The notes: generated from the letters alone by a model not told the origin. Positions 18,943 through 29,382 are shown, counted from the first letter of the stretch. The stretch: DNA of 64,000 nucleotides from Candidatus Latescibacterota bacterium (GCA_965203175.1 OZ241867.1:5632001-5696000), one strand, 5' to 3'. A program made the numbers and translations.

Positions 18943-20493
18943 GTGATTTCTCCCATCCGCAACCAGCGCCCGCCCTACAAATTGCCGTCGAATATTATCT
19001 ACTTTCACGACTGGCGCTACGTCCATCACGGCAGTCATTCGACCGGCTGGCGCAACGCCGAAGGGCAATGGCTGCGCATCTGGACCAACGACGAGAGACC
19101 ACCCCTGATACACGAGCCGAATTACATGCCCACCGGCATCCGCCTGCGCGCCAAACCAGCGACTAAGAGCGAGCCTTTCCTACTGCCAGCCGCGGACGAA
19201 GGCTTCATCTGGCCCGGCACCGTAATCCGCGAAGAGGGGCGCTACCGACTCTGGTACGAATTGTTCGCGGGCGAACATGTCGGCCACGAAAAATATCCCA
19301 TCGGCGCAGCCGACTACATCTGCTACGCCGAATCAGACGACGGTGAAAACTGGCGCTTTCCCGCGCAGGGCCGCATCGATCGCAAGGGTTCCAAGGACAA
19401 CAATATTGTTTATGGGCTGCCCCAGGTCGAAGAGACCGGTTTGCACGGTGCCACCGTGTTCAAGGATGAGTCGGCCTCTTCAGAAGAGCGCTACAAAATG
19501 ATCTACGTGGGCCATCTAAGTCCGGCGCAAAAGGAGCGCTACCTGCAACAGAGGCCCGATGAGGTCGGAGCGCTCAATCTGGAGGCAGAAAAGTGGGACG
19601 GCCTGTTCGGCGCCATCTCGCCCGACGGCTTTAACTGGACGCCCATCCCCGATCCGCTCGTCGCGCAAATCAGCGACACCCTCAATGTTTGCGAGTACGA
19701 TCCAGTGCTGGGACAGTACGTGGCCTATTGCCGCAGCCATTTCTTCAACCGCCGCAGCATCGGTCGCACTGCTTCTGCAGATTTCCGTCGCCTGCCCCTG
19801 TCCGAGGAAGTCTTCTGGCCCAACGCCGCGGCTGAACCCTACGATTTGTGGTACGCCAATTCCAAAACAAAAATGCCGGGCACCACCGACTACCACCTCA
19901 TGTTCCCGCTGCGCTGGCGCTTGATAGACGATTCCTTCAGCTTTGTGCTGGCCGCCAGCCCGGACAATGTGGTGTGGAACTTCGTGCCCGGCGGGCCAGT
20001 GTGCGAACCCGGCGATGGGGGCACCTGGGTCGAGGGGGCCGTGTCAGCCGGCGTCGGCCTAGTGCCTTTGCCCGGCGAGCGCATGGGCATCACCATATGC
20101 GGCTCGCCAGAACCGCACAAGCACCTGCGCCAGCCGCCGCACGGGCACATTGCTTGGGCCTGGTGGCCCAAGGGACGGCTCGCTGCTCTGGAAGCACCGG
20201 TAGAGGGGCGCTTCAGAACCTTTCAGCTAGCAATTGAACAGCGCCGCGTCCACCTCAACTTCAAGACCGTGCCCGGAGGCAGCGTAAAGGTGCAGGTCAT
20301 GGATCGCAAGTACCAGCCCCTGCCCGGCCGCTCATTCGAGGACTGCGACTGGCTAGTCGGCGACCACCTAGATCGCGAAGTGACCTGGCAAGGCGAAGCC
20401 GACCTGGGCCACCAAGGCGAAGGGCCGATCTCGCTGGGCTTTCAGATACGCTGCGGCGAACTCTACAGCGTCGAATTCAAAAATCCCGCCTGA
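18943..20493 (+). CDS. Putative glycoside hydrolase-like beta-propeller + C-terminal beta-sandwich (paralog 1 of 5)
   Basis: 'RYRLWY..YAESDDG..W..G..NNI', 'EERYK', 'SPDG..W', C-terminal 'LNF..CD.L.GD..V.W.G..DL'; no signal peptide; SD AAGGA before GTG. Confidence 0.6.
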   Translation: MISPIRNQRPPYKLPSNIIYFHDWRYVHHGSHSTGWRNAEGQWLRIWTNDERPPLIHEPNYMPTGIRLRAKPATKSEPFLLPAADEGFIWPGTVIREEGRYRLWYELFAGEHVGHEKYPIGAADYICYAESDDGENWRFPAQGRIDRKGSKDNNIVYGLPQVEETGLHGATVFKDESASSEERYKMIYVGHLSPAQKERYLQQRPDEVGALNLEAEKWDGLFGAISPDGFNWTPIPDPLVAQISDTLNVCEYDPVLGQYVAYCRSHFFNRRSIGRTASADFRRLPLSEEVFWPNAAAEPYDLWYANSKTKMPGTTDYHLMFPLRWRLIDDSFSFVLAASPDNVVWNFVPGGPVCEPGDGGTWVEGAVSAGVGLVPLPGERMGITICGSPEPHKHLRQPPHGHIAWAWWPKGRLAALEAPVEGRFRTFQLAIEQRRVHLNFKTVPGGSVKVQVMDRKYQPLPGRSFEDCDWLVGDHLDREVTWQGEADLGHQGEGPISLGFQIRCGELYSVEFKNPA

Positions 20494-20536
20494 TGTCCAT
20501 GAGTAAAAATCAGGCGCAAGAACCTCTTAAAAATGC

Positions 20537-20566
20537 TTGACAGACTCGGCTAAAAGTCATATTCCT
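20537..20566 (+). promoter_or_regulatory. Candidate sigma70 promoter for 20668 gene
   Basis: Perfect TTGACA (20537-20542) in an AT-rich gap; only a weak -10 (TATTCC at 17 nt spacing). Confidence 0.4.
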
Positions 20567-20667
20567 AGAAATACGGCTACTTTTAAGTATTCAACTTGTT
20601 TATTTTTACTGAGTTATTGATTTTGCAGCAGGTAGTCATTCACTTTTTCTCAAACCAAGGAGGCACC

Positions 20668-22539
20668 ATGCGTAAATTGCGCATTTTGGCCATTAGCTGG
20701 TCAATAGCAGCACTCGCCGTCGGGGCGACGTGGGCACAGGACCCGACCTACCCCTCAGGCCCTGACTATGGAGATGCATTTGAACTACCTGACGTCTCCG
20801 GTGAGTTCAATCCAATGGCCGTTTCCACTCAGGATGTGGCCTACGACGGCAACGGTAGCGTGGACATTCCCTTTACCATCAACCAGCGCGCCACAGTCTG
20901 GGTAGTGATCTACCGCAAAGGTAGCGGCGAAACCGGAGAGCGGGGGCCAGCCGGCGCTTGGCTGCGCTTAGAGCCCCAAGATCTGTACATCGCCACCACG
21001 CCAGGTCAAGTCGCCGAATCCGGCGATGGCACCGTCACTTGGGACGGCAACGACTGGGAGGGCAATGCCGCGGGAGCCGGCGACTACGAATTCGACGTGG
21101 TCGCGGTCAACAACCTCGACAGGCCGGTCCTAGCCGGTCCTGGGGCGGGTCCCACGGGGTTCACCGCCCCCAATATTGACACCTCGCAGGATCCGCCCGA
21201 AATCTGGGTCCAAGAATACGAGCGCGAAGTGCCCGACCGGGGCCACACGGCCGGCGACATGGTCCGCGGCACCTTGGGCACGGACTATCTGGCCAACCCC
21301 AACGCTTGGGAGCGCTGGAAATTCGACTTCGGCTTTGAGGGTGCCCGCACCTTTGGCGGCATGCGCATAGACGATCAGGATCCAGAGATCTTTTGGACCT
21401 CCCATCGCCGCGAAGAGAACGGCGGGCTCTACAAAATCCGCATTAACCGCGCCGCTCAATCTTGGGATCGAGTCACCGAATTCGGCACCAACGGCCAGTC
21501 GCCCAATGCCAACGGCGACCGCATCGTCGAATTTCAGCCCAAAGGCGATGTGGTGTTCAACGCCCTGTGGGGCAGGCAAGAGGTTCCCTTCAACGCCGTT
21601 GAAGTGCGCGACAAAACCACCGGCGAAATCACCCAAGCATTCGATGTAACCGAGTTCTACAACGTGATCAGAGTCGATGATGACGGCAACGAGACCGTCT
21701 CCGGTGCCGGCCCCGCTCAGATCTCGGTGACCGACGACGGCATCTGGGTCTCTTCGTGGGCCCACCCGAACATTCTGCGCCTGGACCACGACGGCAATGT
21801 GATGTGGGCCAACCGCAACGGCGATTTGTGCGGCGACGCTATTTCCAATGAAGAAGCCGCCGCCATCGGCGCCTTGGGCGGATCCAGAATAAACAACTTG
21901 GGCGTCACCGCCGACAAAACCAGCAACATCGTCTTTATCAATGCCGGCAGCCGGGCGGCGACCATAAGCGCACTAGGACGCGACGGTGCCTGCGCCTTTG
22001 AAATCGAATTCCCCGCTAGCTGGGGCCAGATGCGGCCGGGAGGTACCCGTTTCCTCCTATTGCAAGAGGGCGGTCCCTACGACGGTCTCTATACGAGAAA
22101 CGGCATGCGCTTAGAGACCTTTTCCTACGGCTACGGGGACGACGAGACCTCTATCCCCTACGGCCCCCATCTGCTGCTCTATACGCCTACGGCCTTGGCC
22201 TCGGGCAAGTTGGGTGACGTCGCCACTGCTATAGCAGAGGTGGCCGCCAGCACTCCCGACGCATATAGTCTGGGCAATGCCACTCCCAACCCCTTCAACC
22301 CGAGCACCGTCATCGAGTTTACCATACCCGATGCCGAAGCACACGTGAAGTTGCAGGTCTTTAATGCCGCCGGTCAGTTGGTGGCCACCTTGGCCGACCA
22401 GACCATGACCGGGGGCAAATACCGGGCCGATTGGGATGCGCGCAATACCAGCGGCGAGTTGGTTTCCAGCGGTGTTTATTACTACCGCATGGAGGCGGGC
22501 TCGTTCGTTGAATCGCGGGCAATGACCTTCCTGAAGTAA
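20668..22539 (+). CDS. Secreted protein with N-terminal FlgD-like Ig domain, probable propeller core and C-terminal T9SS type-A-like/FlgD sorting domain
   Basis: SD AAGGAGG before ATG 20668; signal peptide ATWA|Q; 'TWDGNDWEGN..AGDY'; C-terminus 'PNPFNPSTVIEF..VFNAAGQLVATL..WDARN..G..VSSGVYYYRM..MTFLK'. Confidence 0.8.
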   Translation: MRKLRILAISWSIAALAVGATWAQDPTYPSGPDYGDAFELPDVSGEFNPMAVSTQDVAYDGNGSVDIPFTINQRATVWVVIYRKGSGETGERGPAGAWLRLEPQDLYIATTPGQVAESGDGTVTWDGNDWEGNAAGAGDYEFDVVAVNNLDRPVLAGPGAGPTGFTAPNIDTSQDPPEIWVQEYEREVPDRGHTAGDMVRGTLGTDYLANPNAWERWKFDFGFEGARTFGGMRIDDQDPEIFWTSHRREENGGLYKIRINRAAQSWDRVTEFGTNGQSPNANGDRIVEFQPKGDVVFNALWGRQEVPFNAVEVRDKTTGEITQAFDVTEFYNVIRVDDDGNETVSGAGPAQISVTDDGIWVSSWAHPNILRLDHDGNVMWANRNGDLCGDAISNEEAAAIGALGGSRINNLGVTADKTSNIVFINAGSRAATISALGRDGACAFEIEFPASWGQMRPGGTRFLLLQEGGPYDGLYTRNGMRLETFSYGYGDDETSIPYGPHLLLYTPTALASGKLGDVATAIAEVAASTPDAYSLGNATPNPFNPSTVIEFTIPDAEAHVKLQVFNAAGQLVATLADQTMTGGKYRADWDARNTSGELVSSGVYYYRMEAGSFVESRAMTFLK

Positions 22540-22563
22540 AGGCTCTGTACCGCCAGCAAAACC

Positions 22564-22630
22564 GCAGGGGCTTCGCTCCTGCAGCCTCAAAGAAGCCGTC
22601 TTGGGTCTTTTCCAAGACGGCTTCTTACTT
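22564..22630 (+). terminator. Tandem hairpins / intrinsic terminator
   Basis: Small GCAGGGGC-TTC-GCTCCTGC hairpin, then perfect 15-bp stem AAGAAGCCGTCTTGG (22590-22604) / CCAAGACGGCTTCTT (22612-22626). Confidence 0.75.
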
Positions 22631-22650
22631 AGCCGAGGGAGGTAAGGGCA

Positions 22651-24369
22651 CTGGTACCAACAATTAATTTTCTGCTCCTAGCCGCCCTCCTCAGCGCTGC
22701 TATCTGCAATGCCCAACCCCGCTTCGCCGATGCAACCCGGGAGGCGGGGCTGGCCTTCCGCAATTGGTACGGCAACAACAACGCCCTTACGATCCTAGAG
22801 ACGACCGGGTCGGGTGCCGCCTTTTTCGACTACGACGGCGACGACCAACTCGACCTGTACATCGTCAATGGCGGACTGGGCTTTACGGGCCCGCGCTATG
22901 CCGATCTCCCGCGCGATGTGCAGCCTCCGGCCAATGGCGCAATCCCGCGCAACGCCCTGTTCCGCAATCGGGGCGACGGCACCTTCGCCAATGTCAGCCA
23001 ACAGACCGGTACCGATGCTAGCGGCTGGGGTTCCGGCTGTGTGGCCGGGGACTACGACAACGACGGCAACGCCGATCTGTACATCACCTACTACGGCCCC
23101 AATCTCCTCTTTGCCAACCAAGGCAACGACACCTTTGCCGAGATCGGTACACTAGCCGGAGTAGACGACGATGGCTACGGCACGGCCTGCGCTTTCGGGG
23201 ACTACGACAACGACGGCGATCTAGACCTTTTTGCGGGCAATTACGTGGTCTTCGATCCAGAGACCACCCTACTGCCCGGCGAGCAGCGCGACGGCTTCTT
23301 CGGCGGCCAGCGCGGAGTAGCCAGCGTAGCCTCGCCCGAAGCGTTTGCCGGCCAGCCCGATGTGCTGTATCGCAACGACGGCAACGGCGCATTTGCCGAC
23401 GTCAGCACTAGTGCCGGACTCAACACCGTCCTAGGCAAGACACTCGGAGCCACCTTTCTAGACTGGAATGACGACGGCGATCTGGATCTCTACGTGGCCA
23501 ACGACGCCACCCCCAACTTTCTCTACACCAACCGAGGCGACGGCACTTTTGCCGAAGAGGCCCTAGCCTTGGGCGTGGCCTACGACGCCGATGGTCGGCC
23601 CGAGGGCAGCATGGGTCTGGCCGCTGGCGACTGGGACAACGATGGCGACCTGGACCTAGCGGTGAGCAATTACGAAGGACAGACCGCCACCCTCCACCGC
23701 AACGACGGCCGCGCCTTCGCCAATATCTCCTTTGCCGCTGGCGTCGCCCGCACTACGCTCATGCCGCTGCAGTGGGGTACGGCTTTCTTCGACTGGGACC
23801 GCGATGGCGATCTGGATATCTTCATTGCCAACGGCCACGTCACTGCTGCCCTAGAGGATTATTTTCCGCAGTCGAGCTACGCCCAGAAGAATAACCTCTT
23901 CCGCAACGATGGTGCTGCCTTTGTCGATCTGAGCGCGCAAGCTGGCCCAGGTCTGCAGATCGTCAAGTCGAGCCGGGGCACTGCGGTCGGCGATTACGAC
24001 GGCGACGGCGACGAGGATCTTTTCGTGGTCAACAAAAACGACGTGCCTACCTTGCTACGCAACGACACCGCTAGCGACAATCACTGGCTAACCGTCCGCA
24101 CCTTGGGCCGCAACAGCAACCGCGACGGCATCGGCACCAGAGTGCGCCTAGTCGCCGGCGGCCAGCAACAGCTCAGAGAGGTGGCCGCCGGCTCGAGCTA
24201 CCTATCGCACAACAGTCTGTGGCTCACTTTTGGACTAGGGCCGAGCGCCGCAGTGGATACCCTAGAAATTCGCTGGCCCAGCGGTTTAATCGACCAATAC
24301 ACCCAAGTGGCGGGAGATCGTTTTGTGGTAGTAGAAGAAGGGCGAGGCATTGACGCTGTAGAGCACTGA
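22651..24369 (+). CDS. CRTAC1/ASPIC-UnbV family FG-GAP repeat protein, probable CTG start
   Basis: Repeated 'GDYDNDGDLDL' FG-GAP motifs, C-terminal UnbV 'GSSYLSHN..LTFGLG..IRWPSG'; frame open upstream of 22918 to TAG 22630; SD GGGAGGT 7 nt before CTG 22651, followed by a signal peptide. Confidence 0.85.
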   Translation: MVPTINFLLLAALLSAAICNAQPRFADATREAGLAFRNWYGNNNALTILETTGSGAAFFDYDGDDQLDLYIVNGGLGFTGPRYADLPRDVQPPANGAIPRNALFRNRGDGTFANVSQQTGTDASGWGSGCVAGDYDNDGNADLYITYYGPNLLFANQGNDTFAEIGTLAGVDDDGYGTACAFGDYDNDGDLDLFAGNYVVFDPETTLLPGEQRDGFFGGQRGVASVASPEAFAGQPDVLYRNDGNGAFADVSTSAGLNTVLGKTLGATFLDWNDDGDLDLYVANDATPNFLYTNRGDGTFAEEALALGVAYDADGRPEGSMGLAAGDWDNDGDLDLAVSNYEGQTATLHRNDGRAFANISFAAGVARTTLMPLQWGTAFFDWDRDGDLDIFIANGHVTAALEDYFPQSSYAQKNNLFRNDGAAFVDLSAQAGPGLQIVKSSRGTAVGDYDGDGDEDLFVVNKNDVPTLLRNDTASDNHWLTVRTLGRNSNRDGIGTRVRLVAGGQQQLREVAAGSSYLSHNSLWLTFGLGPSAAVDTLEIRWPSGLIDQYTQVAGDRFVVVEEGRGIDAVEH

Positions 24370-24371
24370 AC

Positions 24372-25523
24372 CTACGGTTTTTCCCCCATAGCGCGGAGGA
24401 TTTGTTGCGCCATGCGCTGCAAGTGCTCATCGTTGCCAACATCGATAATGGCACGGTACTGCTGGATGGCGGCGGCCTCATTGCCCTGCTCCTGCAGGAT
24501 AGTCGCCAGCCCAAAGCGCGGGCCGGCAAAGTCGGGCTTGAGGCGAATGGCCTGCTGGTAGACCTGGACTGCAGCAACCCTATCGCCGCGGGCGTAGAGC
24601 GCAGCACCTAGGTGGTTGTAAGCGCGGACATGGCCCGGACGCAGGCGCAGAGCAGCGCCGAACGATTGCACTGCCTCGTCGATCCGTCCCTGCTTTTTGT
24701 AGGCCAGACCCAAATTGAAGTAGGCTTGGGCGTAGTCGGGGTTTAGTTCGAGAGCGCGCTGCAAGAGTGCTATAGCACCGATGACATCACCGTGGCTATA
24801 GAGGAGGTGACCTAGATTGTTGTGGGCGCGGCTGTGCTTGGGGTCTAGGGAGATGATCTGACGATACTGGGCGATAGCCTCTGCTACATTGCCCCGCTCA
24901 TAGAGCAGCAGGGCCAAACTATAGTGTGCTGGAACGTAAGTAGAATCGGCCTGAATGGCGCGGCGCAAAGATTGGGCCGCTTGCTCCGAATCGCCTTTTT
25001 TTTTGTAGGCCAAGCCTAGATTGTAGAGCGCTTGTACGTGGTCGCGCTCGAGCTCAATGGCCCGGCTGCACGCGGCAATGGCCCCCTCCATATCGCCCAG
25101 TCCGTAGAGGATGGCCCCTAGGTCGCTGTGGGCCTGAGCCAACGCGGGGTCGAGTTCAATGGCGCGGCGATAGGACCACACCGCGCCCTCGACATCCCGG
25201 CGGCTGTACAGCACATTGCCTAGGTAGCTATGCGCTAACGCGTGTTCGGGATCGAGACGCAAGACCGTGCGGAATGCTGCCAGCGCACCGTCCACATCGC
25301 CAAGTTGAAAGAGGGCGACACCCAGTTCAAGGTGGGCGGCGAGGCGCTGAGGGTCGAGTTCAATAGCGCGGCGATAGAACGGCACCGCGCCCTCCAAGTC
25401 GCCTTTCTCAAAGAGCACCTTGGCGCTGTGCTGGGCAATAGCGGCCGCCTCAGAAGCGTCCTTAGCTTGGGCGTGGGCACTAGTGGGGGCAGCAAGAAGA
25501 AAAAAAAGAAACAAGCGGGCCAT
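24372..25523 (-). CDS. Secreted TPR-repeat protein
   Basis: Signal peptide AHA|Q; about ten canonical TPRs 'AIELDP..A.AH..LG..L'. Confidence 0.9.
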   Translation of the reverse strand: MARLFLFFLLAAPTSAHAQAKDASEAAAIAQHSAKVLFEKGDLEGAVPFYRRAIELDPQRLAAHLELGVALFQLGDVDGALAAFRTVLRLDPEHALAHSYLGNVLYSRRDVEGAVWSYRRAIELDPALAQAHSDLGAILYGLGDMEGAIAACSRAIELERDHVQALYNLGLAYKKKGDSEQAAQSLRRAIQADSTYVPAHYSLALLLYERGNVAEAIAQYRQIISLDPKHSRAHNNLGHLLYSHGDVIGAIALLQRALELNPDYAQAYFNLGLAYKKQGRIDEAVQSFGAALRLRPGHVRAYNHLGAALYARGDRVAAVQVYQQAIRLKPDFAGPRFGLATILQEQGNEAAAIQQYRAIIDVGNDEHLQRMAQQILRAMGEKP

Positions 25524-25650
25524 ATTCTATGCGATTCGGGAAGCAGCAATACAGCAGTTGACCATAAAATAGGTTCTTTCTTCCCATAATACAGGTTTTA
25601 TACCAATTTGAAGGACTGATGTCCTACTATTTTCAACAGCTCTGTAGCCC

Positions 25651-27591
25651 ATGAACGGTCCGCCACAGATCACCGTGCGCGCTATTGTCCTAGGTGCCCT
25701 GACCATAGCCGCCAACTTCTACTACATCGTCAACGTTGGCGAGCGCCTAGACATAGGCAGCTACGTCCACTCGCAATTCCCCATGGCCACGTTCATGCCC
25801 TTTGTGCTGTGGCTCTTTATCAATATGGCGCTCAGGGCACTCTGGCCACGCGTGGCGCTCAGCCGCGGCGAATTGCTGACCCTGTTCTCCATGCTCTGGG
25901 TGGTGGGTACGATTCCGCAGTTGGGCTGGATGACCTACTGGACCTCAATTGTGGGGGCACCAAGTTACTTCGCCACAGCCGAGAACCAGTGGGAGGAGCT
26001 CTTCTTCGACTACCTTCCCTGGCACGTCTTTGCCAATGCCTCTCCCCGGGTAGTCGATCCGTTTTGGTTTGGCCTGTCCGAAGGGGCCTCCATTCCCTGG
26101 GACGGGTGGATCGGTGCCATCGGCCAGTGGCTCGGCGTTTCTATGGCCATGGTAGTCTTCGGCTTCTGCCTGATCGCCCTTTTCCACAAACAGTGGGTCG
26201 AAGCCGAGAAGCTGACCTTTCCACTGGCGCAAATGCCCCTAGATCTGACCCAAGGCTTTGAGGGCAAGCGATGGCCCGAGCTATTTTGCAAGCCCGTCTT
26301 CTGGATCGGCTTCGCCTTGGTTTTCCTGCCCATACTCTACAATATCGCCACCTACTTCGCCCTGGGCCTGCCACCCATCGAATTCTACTGGAAATTCTAC
26401 GACCTCAACTTGACGCCGGACTTTTTTCTCACCGTGCGCATTCTGCCGCTGATCATGGCCGTGACCTATTTGTGTCCAGTGGATATCCTCGGCAGCATGA
26501 TCTTCTTCCACTTGCTGGCCGCGCTCAAGATAGCCCTAATGAAGCGGACCGGCTTTTCCATCGGTGGCTTTGCCGTGGGTGCCGCTGGCCAGCAACCCGA
26601 GGCGCAAAACATCATCTACATGGAGAGCTACGGTGCCCTAGTCTTCATCGGCCTGTGGTCCATCTGGTTGGCCCGACGCCATTTGCGTGAGGTATGGCAC
26701 CAAGTGCGCAGCGGCCAAGGCGAGCCACGCCAAGTCGCACTCTACCGGCTGGCCTTGGCTGGCCTAATTCTGTCGGCACTCAGCGTCATCGGCTGGGGAG
26801 TGCAACTGGGCATGAGCTTGCCCGTGGCTATTGGCGGTTTCCTGCTGATGACGCTGACCTACTTCGTCATAGCCAAACTCGTCGCTGCCACTGGCTTTGC
26901 CTATCTCTTGCCCAACAAGCCCCATATCAAGGGCGATTCCTTCCTCATCGAGCTAGTCGGTTCGGCCTTCCAGTCGCCGCGCAGCCTAGTGGCGTTTAAG
27001 GTATTCACCAGCAATGCCTTCTTCGGCACCTTCCGCATTCCGGCCTGGCCAGCGCTGCCCCACTGCTTCCGCCTGTTCTCCCTAGAGCGGCAGCCCGGGC
27101 GGCTGACGGCGATGGTCCTGATCGCCTTTCCCATCGGATTCGTCGTCTTGGCCGTCGAGACAATCAGCTTGGCCTATGAAGGGAGCGGCCTGATTTTCCT
27201 CGGCGGCAAGGCCAACTGGATCTTCGAAGATATGGTCTATCTGCTCAACAACCCCATGCTGCCCGACCTGAACAAGTGGGCGGTGTGGCTCTTTGGCTTT
27301 GGCGAAGCCGCGCTCATCGCCCTGCTACGCGGCTATTTCCACTGGTTCCCCCTCCATCCCATCGGTCTGGCCTTCCAGCACACGTTCGGGCTCCGCCTCT
27401 ACTGGTTCAGTCTGTTCATCGTGTGGATTGTCAAAATAATCCTGCTGCGCTACGGCGGGTCCAAGGCCTACATCGCCGGCAAACCCCTGTTCTACGGTCT
27501 GGCCATCGGTTATGTGGTCGGAGTAATTTTTTCTATGATAGTGGATCTGATCTGGTTCCCGGCGGAGGGACACGGCATGCACGGATGGTAA
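25651..27591 (+). CDS. Polytopic membrane protein, DUF6785/DUF6784 (OPT-like transporter) family
   Basis: Many TM segments; 'LSRGELL', 'KQWVEAEKLTFPLAQ', 'FHWFPLHPIG', 'KIILLRYGG..Y..KPLFYGL' family motifs. Confidence 0.7.
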   Translation: MNGPPQITVRAIVLGALTIAANFYYIVNVGERLDIGSYVHSQFPMATFMPFVLWLFINMALRALWPRVALSRGELLTLFSMLWVVGTIPQLGWMTYWTSIVGAPSYFATAENQWEELFFDYLPWHVFANASPRVVDPFWFGLSEGASIPWDGWIGAIGQWLGVSMAMVVFGFCLIALFHKQWVEAEKLTFPLAQMPLDLTQGFEGKRWPELFCKPVFWIGFALVFLPILYNIATYFALGLPPIEFYWKFYDLNLTPDFFLTVRILPLIMAVTYLCPVDILGSMIFFHLLAALKIALMKRTGFSIGGFAVGAAGQQPEAQNIIYMESYGALVFIGLWSIWLARRHLREVWHQVRSGQGEPRQVALYRLALAGLILSALSVIGWGVQLGMSLPVAIGGFLLMTLTYFVIAKLVAATGFAYLLPNKPHIKGDSFLIELVGSAFQSPRSLVAFKVFTSNAFFGTFRIPAWPALPHCFRLFSLERQPGRLTAMVLIAFPIGFVVLAVETISLAYEGSGLIFLGGKANWIFEDMVYLLNNPMLPDLNKWAVWLFGFGEAALIALLRGYFHWFPLHPIGLAFQHTFGLRLYWFSLFIVWIVKIILLRYGGSKAYIAGKPLFYGLAIGYVVGVIFSMIVDLIWFPAEGHGMHGW

Positions 27592-27631
27592 TAGCGAACC
27601 ACCGCAAACCAACTTGAGAAAAGAGGCCCCC

Positions 27632-28510
27632 ATGCAACTAAATATCTCCATCAGCCTGTGGAATTACATTCACTATTTCCCCTTGCGCAAAGGCGGCACC
27701 AGCTTTTCCCTAGACGGCGGCTTGGACAGTCTGGCAAAAGTCGTCGACGAAGTGGCTGCCGCTGGCTACGGCGTTGAGTTGTGGCCCAAATGGGCTAGCT
27801 GGGAGTGGACGAGCCCCGCCCGGGAAGCTCTGGTGTCCCAACAATTCGACCTCTACGCCGAGGAGCACCGGCCTCGGCTGGCGCAAATCCTGCGCGGCGT
27901 GCGCTCGAGTTGGCACACGGGCGGCGACAATACCATTGAGAGCTACCACCGCCAAATCGACACGGTGGCGCAGGTAGGCAGTCACGTCCTAGTAGTACAC
28001 GCGGCCAATCTCTCTCTCGACGGCCCCGATCCCAATTTCGATTTTGCCGCCCAAGTGCTAGAGTACGCGCGCCAGCACAACGTCAAAATCGCGCTGGAAA
28101 ACGCATCCGAAGGCGAACAAGAAGAAGATCCTGAGCTGTGGAACCTGTCCATTTTGCAGCGGGCGCTGGCGCGCTTTGCCGACCTTGGAATCTGCCTCGA
28201 CACGACCCACATACAAAAATTCAAACGCTTTCCCCTCAAAGAGTACGTCGATCGGCTGCAAGACCGCATTTGTCACCTGCACATCAGCGATGCCCTAGGC
28301 GATGACGTGGGCATCGGCCGCCTGCACACCATGCCAGGCACCGGCAAAATACCCGCAGCGGATTGGCGCTACCTGCTCAACGCCCTAGAGGAAGTCGATT
28401 TCCAGGGGGATGCAGTACTCGAAATCAAACCTCTAACCCCAGTGCGCATCGCACAGCAAACCGACGAATTCTTCGCCACCGTCGCCCAATCGGCCGGCGT
28501 GATGGGCTAA
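27632..28510 (+). CDS. Sugar phosphate isomerase/epimerase (xylose-isomerase-like/AP endonuclease 2 TIM barrel)
   Basis: 'KIALEN', 'GICLDTTH', 'HLHISD', 'H..PGTGKI', 'VLE' metal-binding motifs. Confidence 0.85.
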   Translation: MQLNISISLWNYIHYFPLRKGGTSFSLDGGLDSLAKVVDEVAAAGYGVELWPKWASWEWTSPAREALVSQQFDLYAEEHRPRLAQILRGVRSSWHTGGDNTIESYHRQIDTVAQVGSHVLVVHAANLSLDGPDPNFDFAAQVLEYARQHNVKIALENASEGEQEEDPELWNLSILQRALARFADLGICLDTTHIQKFKRFPLKEYVDRLQDRICHLHISDALGDDVGIGRLHTMPGTGKIPAADWRYLLNALEEVDFQGDAVLEIKPLTPVRIAQQTDEFFATVAQSAGVMG

Positions 28511-28529
28511 CATTTATTGAGGAGAGAAA

Positions 28530-29108
28530 GTGATAAAAAACAACTTCGACAAAGGCCCAGAAGGCTGGTGTTCGTACGACTACCACGCCAGCATGGTGGC
28601 CGACGGTAGCAATATCTTCATCCTAGCCACTTGGGCCGCGCAGGGCGGTGTGGACAATGGGAGCTTTATCTGGACCGATCACCGGCGCTGGAGCGCCGAT
28701 ACCCCAGAGCGCCCCCTGTCCATCCTGCCGCTGCTGTGCTACCGCAGTTGGGTCGGCGCTGACCCGCTCGATATGCGCCAGTCCGCAGTTGCGGTCCACC
28801 TGAGGGCCGATCGGCTGCGTTTGGACGGTGCCCAGTGTTTCTTCTGGGTACACGCCGCTAGCACGCGCTGGCACTACACAGCCCATCCTCTCGCTCTAGC
28901 AGAGGGCGTTTGGACGGCCAATCGCCTTGCACTTACAGCAGACGAAAACCAATGGCACCGCAGTTGGTCTGCCGACCCGGACCATCCCGTCGCCCTCGAA
29001 CAGGTGTTGAGCCGGGCCGAGAGTTACGGTTTCTCCTTCGTCGGATTTTCCAGCGAAGTTACCGGCAGATTGTCAATAAGCCAATTTTCTATCACCGCTG
29101 GGACGTAG
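28530..29108 (+). CDS. Hypothetical protein, possible carbohydrate-binding beta-sandwich
   Basis: SD GAGGAG before GTG; Trp-rich, 'FDKGPEGW' start. Confidence 0.6.
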   Translation: MIKNNFDKGPEGWCSYDYHASMVADGSNIFILATWAAQGGVDNGSFIWTDHRRWSADTPERPLSILPLLCYRSWVGADPLDMRQSAVAVHLRADRLRLDGAQCFFWVHAASTRWHYTAHPLALAEGVWTANRLALTADENQWHRSWSADPDHPVALEQVLSRAESYGFSFVGFSSEVTGRLSISQFSITAGT

Positions 29109-29127
29109 ATGGTTCGACCATGCCCTT

Positions 29128-29158
29128 AGAGCCAGTCGCGCATCCCGACTGGCTCTTT
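29128..29158 (+). terminator. Probable intrinsic terminator
   Basis: 11-bp perfect stem AGAGCCAGTCG/CGACTGGCTCT 19 nt after stop 29108; short T tail. Confidence 0.6.
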
Positions 29159-29382
29159 CGATTATGAGGTTTTAACTTGCAATAGCGAAGCCTTTATACA
29201 CATCGTCATGATCCATCTGTTGCTCAAGCGACAAACCGGAGCAGAAGGGTTTTAAAAAATGCTTCTCACAGCAGGAGGGCCGGCGCTTTTTAGTTACTCC
29301 AGACCGGTAGGGGGGACCGCCGAGCAGGCCAAGTTCTATCTGTCCCTAGTCTAGTAAGGTAGCAGATCGGAAAATCAATCTC

